Of a DNA stretch of 64,000 nt, positions 47,691 to 57,403 are shown in pieces. A program made the translations under genes and the position numbers. Under the pieces are notes generated by a model. That model was given only the letters and a program-made list of their open reading frames with translations, was not told the origin of the DNA and ran no database searches. Where the stretch lies: the sequence record MT133560.1; one strand, given 5' to 3'. The number at the start of each line of letters is the position of its first letter. Position 1 is the stretch's first letter.

Positions 47691-48069
47691 ATGTTTGTAA
47701 AAAAGTGATCTACCCAGTAATATTGAAAATATCAAAGTTGGTGAGAAAGTTATCTCCCAATGGTTCGCTTTACCCAATTATACTGAGATGAAGAAGCTCT
47801 ATTTGGATGATCTTCCAGCTCTCGGTTACCATCAATCAATGGCTGATTTTGAAGCAGCTGTCAGGAAATATACCACGGCATTCCTTATCGACAATCTACT
47901 GATGGATACTGCTGGTAAGGCTATCAACCCGATCTCACCTTACTTCCTCGATAAGGTCAACGAGCGCTTGGCAGAACTCGGTGATCCATTGTATCGAGTT
48001 ACATGCATTATATCTCGATGGCCAAACAAAACAAAATGCGTTGGTTGTCAGATGAGAAGGTTCGGATGA
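47691..48069 (+). pseudogene. Gene frameshifted in an A6 run near its start
   Basis: GAGGT RBS + ATG 47691 gives MFVKK*; deleting one A of 47699-47704 gives MFVKSDLPSNIENIKVGEK.. continuous with ORF 47788-48069. Confidence 0.55.
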
Positions 48070-48413
48070 AGAAATACTTCTATTCATTGCGTCCTCTCCT
48101 TGCAGCATTGTGGGTTGAGACTAGCCATGAACATCCGCCCATGGTTTTCCATGAACTGTTACCTATCCTGTCAGATCCTATCTTGTATAAACGTATCCAA
48201 GAATTGGTTAACGCTAAGGTTGGAGCTACTGAATAGGATCTGATTGATCGTTGCCCAGTTCTGGATCGGTTCATTGACTTCCATCTGGCTAAAGAGAAAC
48301 CCAACTTCGGTAAATATAAACGTCCGGACATCTATGCACTTACCGACCTAGCCTGGCATTTTGTTGACCAGTACAAGCTCGACACATTCGTAAAACTACC
48401 TGGTACCGAATGA
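48066..48413 (+). pseudogene. C-terminal fragment of a YcgL/COG3541-like nucleotidyltransferase with internal TAG
   Basis: MKKYFYSLRPLLAALWV..PPM.F..AKVGATE*DLIDRCPVLDRFID; TAG at 48234-48236, frame continues to TGA 48413. Confidence 0.6.
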
Positions 48414-48473
48414 AGAAAATATTAGTCAATAAAGAAAAAAGTCTAATACCATCTTATTAAAAGGAAATATACT

Positions 48474-48968
48474 ATGTTATTTAAAAAAGAAGTATGTATT
48501 GAGAATATCCTAGTACTAGAAAAACTATACATGGTTACTAATCGTAAGGATAATATCTATCCTAATCCAGAGGTAACTTATGAAGATATTAAGAAATTTA
48601 CCAAAACCTATGGTAAAATTCCAATGGACTTCTTAGGTCCATTATTACATGAGATTGTTGAACGGGAAGATTATATTCTAAAAGAAAAAGAAGCTCAAGA
48701 ATACATTGATAAAATGCCTATTATTGTAGAACACGATAATAGTCGTATTGTTAATGAATACACTATCTTGAATTATATTATTCCAGTTACTACTCATCCT
48801 AATCTTAATAATCGATCATATACCATCAATCTTTATAAGTATGTCGACTGCCTAGAAAATACTACCAAAGCATTAAAACATTTTAGATGGACAAATAATC
48901 AAGATTATAATTTCTTAAAGACGGTGCATGGCCGTTTACTAGATATTCTTGATATCATGGAAAGTTAA
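48474..48968 (+). CDS. Hypothetical protein
   Basis: 164 aa, AAGGA RBS. Confidence 0.8.
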   Translation: MLFKKEVCIENILVLEKLYMVTNRKDNIYPNPEVTYEDIKKFTKTYGKIPMDFLGPLLHEIVEREDYILKEKEAQEYIDKMPIIVEHDNSRIVNEYTILNYIIPVTTHPNLNNRSYTINLYKYVDCLENTTKALKHFRWTNNQDYNFLKTVHGRLLDILDIMES

Positions 48969-49057
48969 TATGTTAAAAACATATTCATCTAATATACTCC
49001 ATTACATACGTTACCCTACTCCATATTGGGGTAGGGGTATTAAGGTGGGGTATAAAT

Positions 49058-49351
49058 ATGTCAAGCAACAAACTATCTGCACAACTCAATCATCATCACA
49101 ATACTCGTATAGTTAATTATTATGTCTCACTAGCCGCAAGTCGTTATGGCGACACCAATCCTTCAGCAAAAGCTAAAGGTAAATGGCGTAAACATAATCC
49201 ATTTAATTGTGGTAGGTCTCGTTGTATGCTATGTGGTAATCCCCGTAAGCGTTGGAATAGACTTACTCTTAATGAGATTAAAATTAATATTTCATTAAAA
49301 GAACAATTAACTGAAATTAGTAGAGACATTGCTGAGCTAAATGAGGATTGA
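49058..49351 (+). CDS. Basic Cys-rich hypothetical protein
   Basis: HNPFNCGRSRCMLCGNPRK putative Zn site. Confidence 0.7.
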   Translation: MSSNKLSAQLNHHHNTRIVNYYVSLAASRYGDTNPSAKAKGKWRKHNPFNCGRSRCMLCGNPRKRWNRLTLNEIKINISLKEQLTEISRDIAELNED

Positions 49352-49422
49352 ACAATGTATGAAGAGTACGAAGCAATTTAATAGTTTAGATTAACCATTC
49401 GAAATAAATTTGGAATAATTAA

Positions 49423-49545
49423 ATGAAAGTTAAAAATAAGCAACAGCCTAAATTTGTCAATCTAGCTACTATGCAAGCCGCATGGCGTTTAAATAACGCA
49501 GAGCTTAAAGCTAAGCGGGAAGCTAAAGAAAAGCAAAAAGAATAA
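49423..49545 (+). CDS. Small basic peptide (40 aa)
   Basis: MKVKNKQQPKFVNLATMQAAWRLNNAELKAKREAKEKQKE, followed by a terminator. Confidence 0.45.
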   Translation: MKVKNKQQPKFVNLATMQAAWRLNNAELKAKREAKEKQKE

Positions 49546-49556
49546 AACTATTTGAT

Positions 49557-49596
49557 TGCATAAAGAGAGAGGATAAATTCCTCTCTCTTTTTATGT
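49557..49596. terminator. Bidirectional terminator
   Basis: cataaagagagagg-ataaatt-cctctctctttttatg. Confidence 0.75.
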
Positions 49597-49710
49597 TGTT
49601 TTATAACTTATATTTAGTCTAAAAGATAATTATGGAATAAACAAAAAATATCCTAACTGATATGTTTGTTCTTTATTCTTGACTTATTGAACCCAAAGAG
49701 GATTTTTAAA

Positions 49711-50196
49711 ATGACTGATATTTTAAATAAAGATAACTTCTTTTCATGGGGTGCTGTAGTAGGTGGTGCACTATTACAGTATTTTGAAAATGGTAAACTT
49801 GAAGGTGGTTATAGTATATTTAAATTCAGTGATGATGTTAATGGCCTGGTAATTACAGGTGGTATAACGCATCGAAAAAATATCGGGATCCTGTGTGGTC
49901 AAGGTGATGATGAAGATCTATTTTTAGTATTCGTCATAAGTAATACTGAAAAGCCACATGCAGTATGGTATTACGATATTTATGTAGATGATGAAAGTAG
50001 TATTTGTTTTACAAATTCTTCACCTACCAGTGGTCGTATCTTTAAATCAGATACTGATGGAAATAATGACCTGTCGATAAGTCAATTACTTAAAGTAGTT
50101 AAATACTTAGTAGATGAACGAGTTCGTTTAAATAAAAATATAGTTAATTCACCAGGTTATAAAATCATTGAAGAAGATAAAGACTTTCAACTATAA
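49711..50196 (+). CDS. Hypothetical protein
   Basis: GAGGA RBS before ATG 49711. Confidence 0.75.
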   Translation: MTDILNKDNFFSWGAVVGGALLQYFENGKLEGGYSIFKFSDDVNGLVITGGITHRKNIGILCGQGDDEDLFLVFVISNTEKPHAVWYYDIYVDDESSICFTNSSPTSGRIFKSDTDGNNDLSISQLLKVVKYLVDERVRLNKNIVNSPGYKIIEEDKDFQL

Positions 50197-50223
50197 TAAG
50201 TATTTTACAAAGTTACCATAAAT

Positions 50224-50290
50224 ACCTCCCTTCGGGGAGGTTTTATATTGTGTTTTTTTGTATTCAAACATATTTAAACAGTATATTACA
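50224..50290 (+). promoter_or_regulatory. UUCG terminator plus early promoter cassette
   Basis: acctccc-ttcg-gggaggt then tttaaacagtatattac (core 50282-50289). Confidence 0.8.
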
Positions 50291-50325
50291 ACAGTGAATT
50301 CAATCTTGAAAAAAGGAGATATACC

Positions 50326-50655
50326 ATGAATATGTCCACTATTTCTACTGGTATTCTGGTGCTGGGCGGACTGGCATTTGGTTATAGCATTTGCAATGGT
50401 GTGCATTCAGTTTATAAAGAACTGGCTATGGAAATCTATTATAAAAAGCAATTGACAAAAGTAAAAGAGAAACTCACCGAATATGAAAACAAATATGTAG
50501 AAGTACCCTCAACAGCTGAAGTAAATATTTATATCGAACCTCTACTAACTGAGGCCCTTAATAAACTAGATCGATTCACCTATGGGTGTTTCCTAGCTGA
50601 GGTTGAACAACATATCGATTTTATTATTGATAATTACCGTGTAGTTAACAGATAA
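50326..50655 (+). CDS. Membrane-anchored hypothetical protein
   Basis: 109 aa, AAGGAG RBS, N-terminal TM helix. Confidence 0.8.
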   Translation: MNMSTISTGILVLGGLAFGYSICNGVHSVYKELAMEIYYKKQLTKVKEKLTEYENKYVEVPSTAEVNIYIEPLLTEALNKLDRFTYGCFLAEVEQHIDFIIDNYRVVNR

Positions 50656-50667
50656 TAAGAGCATAAA

Positions 50668-50722
50668 GCCCTCCCTTCGGGGAGGGCTTTTACATTAAAT
50701 TTTTTTTGAAATCTATATTACA
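50668..50722 (+). promoter_or_regulatory. UUCG terminator plus early promoter cassette
   Basis: gccctccc-ttcg-gggagggc; TATATTAC 50714-50721; 50682-50722 identical to 57419-57459. Confidence 0.85.
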
Positions 50723-50766
50723 TGTGTGTATTACAAAATCAAATTAATGTGTCGAGGTTTTAATAG

Positions 50767-51204
50767 ATGGACGTAGTTACTAACATTTGGGAGGACGTTC
50801 TTACGAACGTGCACCACAAACTAAAGGTAATGGCCACTACTGCTGGCGATGTCATTCATACAGTGGAACCCAAATTAAATGAAATGATTAAATCGAATAT
50901 TAATCAACTACAGACAGAAAGGTATAGTCTTAGTTTAAACAAAACTAAAGACAATAAATACTACGCAAAATACCATGATAATCATCATGGCTGGGATGTT
51001 TATTTATTTGTTGAACAAACTAGGTATGGGGCTATTGTTGGTGGTGGGTTACGCCATCGTGCTAAAGAAGCTTGGGGGCTTAATAAATTCAGAGAATATA
51101 ATCTTATCAAAGTAAGGTGTACTCGACAAAATAGTGTTGTTGATAGTATTGTCTTCTTCGATGATCCATCTGAATATTTTCTTAGAGCTGTAAATAAATT
51201 TTAA
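50767..51204 (+). CDS. Hypothetical protein
   Basis: 145 aa, GAGGT RBS. Confidence 0.8.
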   Translation: MDVVTNIWEDVLTNVHHKLKVMATTAGDVIHTVEPKLNEMIKSNINQLQTERYSLSLNKTKDNKYYAKYHDNHHGWDVYLFVEQTRYGAIVGGGLRHRAKEAWGLNKFREYNLIKVRCTRQNSVVDSIVFFDDPSEYFLRAVNKF

Positions 51205-51224
51205 ATTAACTAAAAGGTAAAAAA

Positions 51225-52121
51225 ATGAATAATCTACAAGTTAATACCACTATTAAAGAATTACATAAACTTCTAATCTGTAATATTATTGATGGTAAAC
51301 TAATTGAATATAATGATATTGTGAAAGAACTGAAAATTACTAATGATGAATTAGATAATCTACTAATAGCTATTTCAAAGCTATCTGATACACCAATTAA
51401 TAATATCTTTAAATCACTTTCACTAGCAATTGATCTACGTACAATTACATCCGTCATTGAAAAACTTAGTAATTCTACGAAACTATCTAAAAAAGAAATC
51501 CAACTAGACCTGTTAACTAGTTTAGGAATAAAAGATAATTATTTTTCGAATAGTTGCACTAACGTGTATCATGAACTAAGTGATATTATCAAAAAGCTTG
51601 AACATAGTGATAAACTATATCAAACAGATTATCAAAACTTTATTATTGATAAAGTAACTAGTCATTTTAAAGATGTATTGTATTCGGCTGGTTATGCAAT
51701 CAGTGATATTTATAAGTACACTGATTCTAAAGTAGTTAATGTAGATAAAAATGGACTATTGATAGGTATGAGCATTACCAATTATAGCTTCCATAATAAG
51801 GATGAACCAATTAGGACTATTGGTTTTTCATTAATTGATAAAACCGAATGTTGTGTTGGAAAATCTGAAACTATTAAAAAGTTTGATGTTGAAGATTTTC
51901 TTAATGCAATGGATACTATCAATATTAACCCTACTTCTATTATTTTTTCAAACCAGTATCGAGAAAAAGACTTAGCCATTCATAATGCGATCATGAATGA
52001 ATTTAAGGTGAACAAGATTTCAAATAATACACGTGACAATATAGTATCTTATCATACTGTCATGATGGGGCATAACTGTATTATCTCATTTAATCACAAT
52101 GGGTTCCTATTGAAAATTTAA
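51225..52121 (+). CDS. Hypothetical protein
   Basis: 298 aa. Confidence 0.8.
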
Positions 52122-52178
52122 TAGAATATCAATTAAAAATTATCTTATGTAGTTTATCTAATTAAGGAAACAAAAAGA

Positions 52179-52535
52179 ATGCCAACTTATATTGAATTAA
52201 TCAATATTGTCAATGACGATACTCCTGAAGATGATGCAGTTATTAGTGATCTGATGAGTCAAATGAATGATAAACAAACTGTTCTTGACAGTTGTCGTAT
52301 CAATCATAAAGGCTATGCTTATTTTAAGTTCCATGTTAAGGGATCAATTAGTAAGGATAAACTTAAGGCTCTAAATGAAACTTTAAAAGATTCTAATCTT
52401 GTTGTGACTGATGCTAGTACACAACGTGGTTTCATGCCACCTAATAAGTTTGATGATATCACTTATACTGAAGAGAGTGTTGGTTATAGGGCAATGGTCT
52501 GGACAAGCTTCACTATTGAAAAGCTACTTGTATAA
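52179..52535 (+). CDS. Hypothetical protein
   Basis: 118 aa, AAGGA RBS. Confidence 0.8.
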   Translation: MPTYIELINIVNDDTPEDDAVISDLMSQMNDKQTVLDSCRINHKGYAYFKFHVKGSISKDKLKALNETLKDSNLVVTDASTQRGFMPPNKFDDITYTEESVGYRAMVWTSFTIEKLLV

Positions 52536-52537
52536 TA

Positions 52538-52557
52538 AGAGCCCTTCGGGGCTCTTT
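52538..52557 (+). terminator. UUCG terminator
   Basis: agagccc-ttcg-gggctct-tt. Confidence 0.8.
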
Positions 52558-52585
52558 CTATTTCGCAATTAGGTATCTGTATTAA

Positions 52586-53020
52586 ATGGATAAGTATCCT
52601 ATTCTACAAGCTATGTCTAAAGAAGAGGCATTTAGACTTTTAGACATACAAGGTGAGTTTAGAAAAACTCAAATGAAAGAAAGGTATTGGAATGAGGAAA
52701 CTGGTCTATGGTGGTGGGAACAACATCCCGATGTGAAATTAAGGATAGTTGCCGCCTGCAATAGATGGAAGGATGTTTATTTCATTGCAGCGAGGCATTC
52801 ATCAATCATAATGACTCAACAACAGCTAATGTATGGTGGTCTTAAGGTATTGCATGAATATGCAGGAGATGATCATGAACAAGGTTTTATTGATCAGTAT
52901 GAAAACTTCCACTCTAGGGAAGAAGCAGTAATTATCGCTAAGAATAATAATCAGTTATATCGAGCTGAATTAGAAAATAGATTAGTAACTAAATATTTAT
53001 TTAGTGAAGACCTATATTAG
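52586..53020 (+). CDS. Conserved phage hypothetical protein
   Basis: IVAAC..RH..EQGFIDQY..F.SREEA.IIA..N.Q..LFSEDLY pattern. Confidence 0.8.
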   Translation: MDKYPILQAMSKEEAFRLLDIQGEFRKTQMKERYWNEETGLWWWEQHPDVKLRIVAACNRWKDVYFIAARHSSIIMTQQQLMYGGLKVLHEYAGDDHEQGFIDQYENFHSREEAVIIAKNNNQLYRAELENRLVTKYLFSEDLY

Positions 53021-53050
53021 GTTTCCAATAATTTAAATAGGAATATAGCT

Positions 53051-53707
53051 ATGCTAATGAATGAAATTATCGATATTCTAGAAGGAGGGAAAGAGAATAT
53101 TCTCTTAACTAACCATCTAGGTAATGGCAAATATTCCAATGCGGGTAATGCAATGGCTGCATCATATGCCATTGCGGCACATACTGCTGTTGGTCAATTG
53201 CGAGATGGTTCAGGAAAACCTTACTGGCATCATTTATTACAAGTAGCTGAGATGGCGCAATTATTCGACCTATCTCACGCTGCTTATAAAGCAGCATGGT
53301 TACATGATGTAATTGAGGATACTGCTGTAACTGCTTCTGATCTAACTAAACTATTCTCAATCCCTGTTGTTAATTTAGTAACTGAACTAACAAATGTAAC
53401 TTACAAAGGTAATCGTAAAACTAGGATTAGTTTACAACATGAAAGACTTTCTCGCATTTCATGGAGTGGTCAATCTCTTAAGTTACTAGATTCCATTTCA
53501 AACATGTGGTCGATTGTTAATGATAAGCCTGATTTTGCTGAACTGTATCTGACTGAGAAAGCTCAACTAATCAGTAAGTTAAATAATTGTCACCCCGCTA
53601 TTAAAGATCTGGCTATATCTGTTCTCTATGGCAGGTGTACTATGGTTGGTGGGGATGCACTAAAAGAATATAATAAACTATTTTCTGATAATGAAATTGT
53701 ATGTTAA
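53051..53707 (+). CDS. HD-domain small alarmone hydrolase (SpoT/Mesh1-like)
   Basis: AH...Q.RDGSGKPYW.H..V, AAWLHDVIEDT, V.ELTN, LKLLDSISN. Confidence 0.8.
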   Translation: MLMNEIIDILEGGKENILLTNHLGNGKYSNAGNAMAASYAIAAHTAVGQLRDGSGKPYWHHLLQVAEMAQLFDLSHAAYKAAWLHDVIEDTAVTASDLTKLFSIPVVNLVTELTNVTYKGNRKTRISLQHERLSRISWSGQSLKLLDSISNMWSIVNDKPDFAELYLTEKAQLISKLNNCHPAIKDLAISVLYGRCTMVGGDALKEYNKLFSDNEIVC

Positions 53708-53725
53708 AATAATTACTTAATATAC

Positions 53726-53795
53726 ACCCTCCCTTCGGGGAGGGTTTTATTTATCTTTTTTTTTGTATTTAAACTATTTAAAAAGCTATATTACA
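53726..53795 (+). promoter_or_regulatory. UUCG terminator plus early promoter cassette
   Basis: accctccc-ttcg-gggagggt; TATATTAC 53787-53794. Confidence 0.8.
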
Positions 53796-53827
53796 AATAT
53801 GAATTTAATAACCAAGAGGGCAATACA

Positions 53828-54091
53828 ATGACTGAACGTTTGAAATCCGTATGGTGCGCTTGCAGCTTACTGCGTGAACGCTGGAGACACATCCAAGACA
53901 TTGCTGTCGGGGATGAACATCATGTCATAGTAAAAAACGATATGCTGATGGTGTTTCGTGGTCAAGTACCGGTAGGTAGCATGTACCGGGGTGACAGTGA
54001 CCCACTCATCTACGAGGGTGGTGCACTGGAAGAATTTACTAAAGTTGTATTGGATTTAGAATTCAATACTCGTGGTGAAACCAATAGTTAA
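53828..54091 (+). CDS. Hypothetical protein
   Basis: 87 aa, GAGGG RBS. Confidence 0.75.
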   Translation: MTERLKSVWCACSLLRERWRHIQDIAVGDEHHVIVKNDMLMVFRGQVPVGSMYRGDSDPLIYEGGALEEFTKVVLDLEFNTRGETNS

Positions 54092-54117
54092 TAAAATTAA
54101 TTTTGAGGTAATTCATT

Positions 54118-54525
54118 ATGAAATATGTAATTGTATTTATGTTGTCTATTGTAACTATCACTGCTAACTCGGCTGTCATGTACACTAATCGTGATTCATG
54201 CATCGAGTTTGTAAAACAGGCAGATGAATTGTTTGTAAAAGGTGCATCTGTAACTGAAGTGCAAATGAAGACTTATGAAAGGATTCATTATATCCTTAAT
54301 AACACTAAAGATCTAAAGACCAACCAGTCTAAAGTTGAAGAACTCACTGGTCTATTTTACCTATGGTCTAAGGTAGATAAAATGGCAATTGAGGCAAGTT
54401 TGCCACGTGCAACAAATGCTGCTAAAGTCTATAAGACCACTCCTGAGAAATTCATCATTGATGGTTATTTCCAGCGTTGTGTAGCGGCAGGTGCGTTTGA
54501 AGCAAAACCACTTACTCTAAAATAA
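54118..54525 (+). CDS. Exported two-Cys helical protein
   Basis: Signal peptide ..ITANSA|; SC..RC. Confidence 0.8.
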   Translation: MKYVIVFMLSIVTITANSAVMYTNRDSCIEFVKQADELFVKGASVTEVQMKTYERIHYILNNTKDLKTNQSKVEELTGLFYLWSKVDKMAIEASLPRATNAAKVYKTTPEKFIIDGYFQRCVAAGAFEAKPLTLK

Positions 54526-54537
54526 TGGAGGTACAAC

Positions 54538-54897
54538 ATGCTTAAGAATTGGCTATTATTCCTTTTCCTGCCAATCCTGTCCATTGCATGTCAGCCTGCC
54601 CACGCTGTAGAAGTGGGTATTACTAAGAAATCATGTAATGTGGCAGTAAATCTTTCACAAAAAGCAACTGAGCTTTATGATAAGAACCTATCCCAATTTG
54701 AGATAATGATGCAGTTAGATATGATCTCTCGTAAGGATATGGATGACTTAGAGTTCTATGCAGGTACCGTATATGCTAAATTAAACTTAGTTGATATTCG
54801 CGTAAATAAACGAAAAGGATTTACCAATGGAGCTATTCTAGATAGGCTAGCTGAAAACTGTGTTGAAGCAATTGGTACTAAATTTAACTTGGAGTAG
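54538..54897 (+). CDS. Exported two-Cys helical protein
   Basis: Signal peptide ..QPAHA|; SC..NC. Confidence 0.8.
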   Translation: MLKNWLLFLFLPILSIACQPAHAVEVGITKKSCNVAVNLSQKATELYDKNLSQFEIMMQLDMISRKDMDDLEFYAGTVYAKLNLVDIRVNKRKGFTNGAILDRLAENCVEAIGTKFNLE

Positions 54898-54900
54898 AAT

Positions 54901-55695
54901 ATGGTTAGTATTTATATTGTCATTATACTCATGGCTATGCTAGCTGCATTGACATGTGGTAATTTGGTAGATAGCTGGGTAAGGCCAGCTATTCTAAAGT
55001 GGTTAAATGATGATGTCGCTATTCATTTCACCAATGCTACCTGGATGGTTGGGGGGATCCCTAATAGTGTTCCAATGCAACTAGGTAAAGCTGTTTGGTT
55101 ACCCAAATACGTGGGTGACGGAATACGTCTTTATATCACGGCTGATGAAATAAAATTTGGATGGAATGGTAAAGAAAAAGATGCTTTAGCACGAGCCATT
55201 GTTGAAGTTATCTTTATTGGTAAAAATCCAAATAGTAAACTTCTTGAAGTAAGTATTAAACCTATTTGGTTATACCCTTCTATCCAAAAAGAAAGTTTCT
55301 ATTTAATGTTTGATTGGGAAAAGCTTTATACAAAAAATGAAGAGATGCGTATTTGTTGGAAGACAATACGTCACACTTTTTTCTATGGATTCCTAGGTTT
55401 GCTATTTGGCGGTAGTGCCAATGCAGATAACCTTGTATTAACTGAACGTGGATGTGACCAATATGAAGCAATGGTGAGAACTATTGCATCTAAAGCTTAT
55501 ATTGGATTAGATCCAGTTATGGGTAGGGAATTCATTATTAATGATCCTGATATGTTAAATGCCCGTGAGAAAGCACAACGTAATACCCGTATCATTATCG
55601 ATATGGTGGAAACTGGACAAGAACCCAAAGACATTGCATTATGGATGAATACTCAATGTAAACAAGAAGCAGTGTCAAATTTAATCAAACAGTAA
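54901..55695 (+). CDS. Membrane-anchored protein fused in frame to an exported two-Cys domain
   Basis: N-terminal TM; internal ATG 55345 begins a second signal peptide MRICWK..GGSANA|; GC..QC. Confidence 0.65.
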   Translation: MVSIYIVIILMAMLAALTCGNLVDSWVRPAILKWLNDDVAIHFTNATWMVGGIPNSVPMQLGKAVWLPKYVGDGIRLYITADEIKFGWNGKEKDALARAIVEVIFIGKNPNSKLLEVSIKPIWLYPSIQKESFYLMFDWEKLYTKNEEMRICWKTIRHTFFYGFLGLLFGGSANADNLVLTERGCDQYEAMVRTIASKAYIGLDPVMGREFIINDPDMLNAREKAQRNTRIIIDMVETGQEPKDIALWMNTQCKQEAVSNLIKQ

Positions 55696-55708
55696 AAAAG
55701 GCATAGAT

Positions 55709-56092
55709 ATGAAAAGAAATTTTGAAGATGATCACGTGGTAATGGCAGTGGAAGTATATGAGAAACTGAAAGAAGCTGCTGCTTATTCATTACACTCTTC
55801 TGAAATTAGTAAGATCGAACGACATATGCGTAAGTTTAATCGTGTTCAACGCGATAAACATATTGAAAATATGCATATGGAAATGCTTGAGAAACGCGAG
55901 GCTATTAGAAAAGCAAAATCTTTCTTTTCTCAAAATGCCGGTAAAATTGGTTGCGTAGTAGATAGGCTTGTCAAAGTATGTGAAGTGTATAAAATGGATA
56001 AGTCTATGGTGGTTGTTGAGTTTCTCCAACATAAATCTAAAATTAAAGTTCCAGTAAATCCTGAAAAAATTACTATTCTTACCATTAAATAA
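55709..56092 (+). CDS. Hypothetical protein (paralog of 30392-30994)
   Basis: 127 aa. Confidence 0.75.
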   Translation: MKRNFEDDHVVMAVEVYEKLKEAAAYSLHSSEISKIERHMRKFNRVQRDKHIENMHMEMLEKREAIRKAKSFFSQNAGKIGCVVDRLVKVCEVYKMDKSMVVVEFLQHKSKIKVPVNPEKITILTIK

Positions 56093-56109
56093 ATGAAGAA
56101 GGATTTAAA

Positions 56110-56565
56110 ATGAAAAATGTAATTGCAGCAGCTTTCGCTGGTCTCATTGCCATTACCGGTATCATGTTCAATACCGCAATGGCTGAAATCAAGATTGGTA
56201 AAAAAGATGCTCAACTCACTGTGCAGTCGTGTGCAATGGTTGAAACCATTACTAAACAAGCTGTATTTCGAATGAGTGAAGGTCATAGCGCAGATGAAGT
56301 TGGTGTGCTTATGCTCAACAACTCTGCTAAACTAAAAGATGAGTTGGATACCAATAATTGGATTGCGTTAACATTCGTATTCAATAGTCTTAATAAAATC
56401 AATAATGACCTTAACAGTAAAGAGATCCATGATTATATCCGTAGTCAAGGTTACAATGTGACTACTCCTAATCTGGCAGCTTTTATCAGCGGGTATTATG
56501 GCAATTACTGCATGAAGCATATTGGTGAGAAATTCACTCACATGGTAATTGTTGAACTCATTTAA
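56110..56565 (+). CDS. Exported two-Cys helical protein
   Basis: Signal peptide ..NTAMA|; SC..YC. Confidence 0.8.
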   Translation: MKNVIAAAFAGLIAITGIMFNTAMAEIKIGKKDAQLTVQSCAMVETITKQAVFRMSEGHSADEVGVLMLNNSAKLKDELDTNNWIALTFVFNSLNKINNDLNSKEIHDYIRSQGYNVTTPNLAAFISGYYGNYCMKHIGEKFTHMVIVELI

Positions 56566-56597
56566 TTCATATCGAATACTTTCAAAAGGAAAATAGG

Positions 56598-56975
56598 ATG
56601 AAATACGTCTTCTCGCTCATTATCACTATGGTAGCAATGTCGGTTAATGCACAACCCGTAACCGTGTCATCTTGCTACGTGCTGCACAGCTTGGCAAAGA
56701 ATATGGTTCAATTCTACACTAATGGCGGTGAGCCATTGGAGATGTATGCAATACTGCAAGATGAACTATCCATTGCCATAGATAAAAACCAGAGTGATAA
56801 GGCACTCGCTATTAATATCGCATTGGATAATGTCGATGTAATATACCAAAATCTCACTGATCCCGCACTTAAGCTTTTGGCAAAGAGCGAGGGAAGTGAT
56901 CTTGGTGAGATGCTGACTGAAAAACTCAGTAATGGGTGTTTCAATATAGTCGGCGAGGAGTTGTATGATAACTAG
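56598..56975 (+). CDS. Exported two-Cys helical protein
   Basis: Signal peptide ..MSVNA|; SC..GC. Confidence 0.8.
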   Translation: MKYVFSLIITMVAMSVNAQPVTVSSCYVLHSLAKNMVQFYTNGGEPLEMYAILQDELSIAIDKNQSDKALAINIALDNVDVIYQNLTDPALKLLAKSEGSDLGEMLTEKLSNGCFNIVGEELYDN

Positions 56976-57204
56976 AATCATCCTAATTGTTGCATGGGTA
57001 TGGGTAATCTCTCTTATGGGAATGATTACGTATGTTCTTTATGATACGTATCAATTTCGTAAGAAATTAGAAATGCCTGTTGTAGAATGGGAAGATAAGG
57101 CGAAGGACACTCCTGTTAAGAAGTGTCCAGATGAAGTATTATTCGCTGAAGACCCAAAGGATGGCAAACTCAAAATGGGATGCCCTGAGAGTTATAAGAA
57201 ATAA
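56965..57204 (+). CDS. Single-TM protein with a C-terminal Cys pair
   Basis: 79 aa. Confidence 0.7.
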   Translation: MITRIILIVAWVWVISLMGMITYVLYDTYQFRKKLEMPVVEWEDKAKDTPVKKCPDEVLFAEDPKDGKLKMGCPESYKK

Positions 57205-57206
57205 TT

Positions 57207-57230
57207 AGAGGACCTTCGGGTCCTCTTTTT
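57207..57230 (+). terminator. UUCG terminator
   Basis: agaggacc-ttcg-ggtcctct-tttt. Confidence 0.85.
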
Positions 57231-57286
57231 AACCGACTGGACGGTTAAAACTAGGTGGGATAAATTAAACTATTTGAGGAAATCTA

Positions 57287-57394
57287 ATGCAACTTAGTAA
57301 TGAACTTTTCTATGTGGGTATGGTAGCTGTATCAATGTCAATCGGTATGCTATTTAGCTATATTTATCACACTCATAAGAAAAAATATAAATAA
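57287..57394 (+). CDS. Small membrane peptide (35 aa)
   Basis: GAGGA RBS; [35 protein letters not shown]. Confidence 0.6.
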   Translation: MQLSNELFYVGMVAVSMSIGMLFSYIYHTHKKKYK

Positions 57395-57403
57395 AGTCAT
57401 AAA

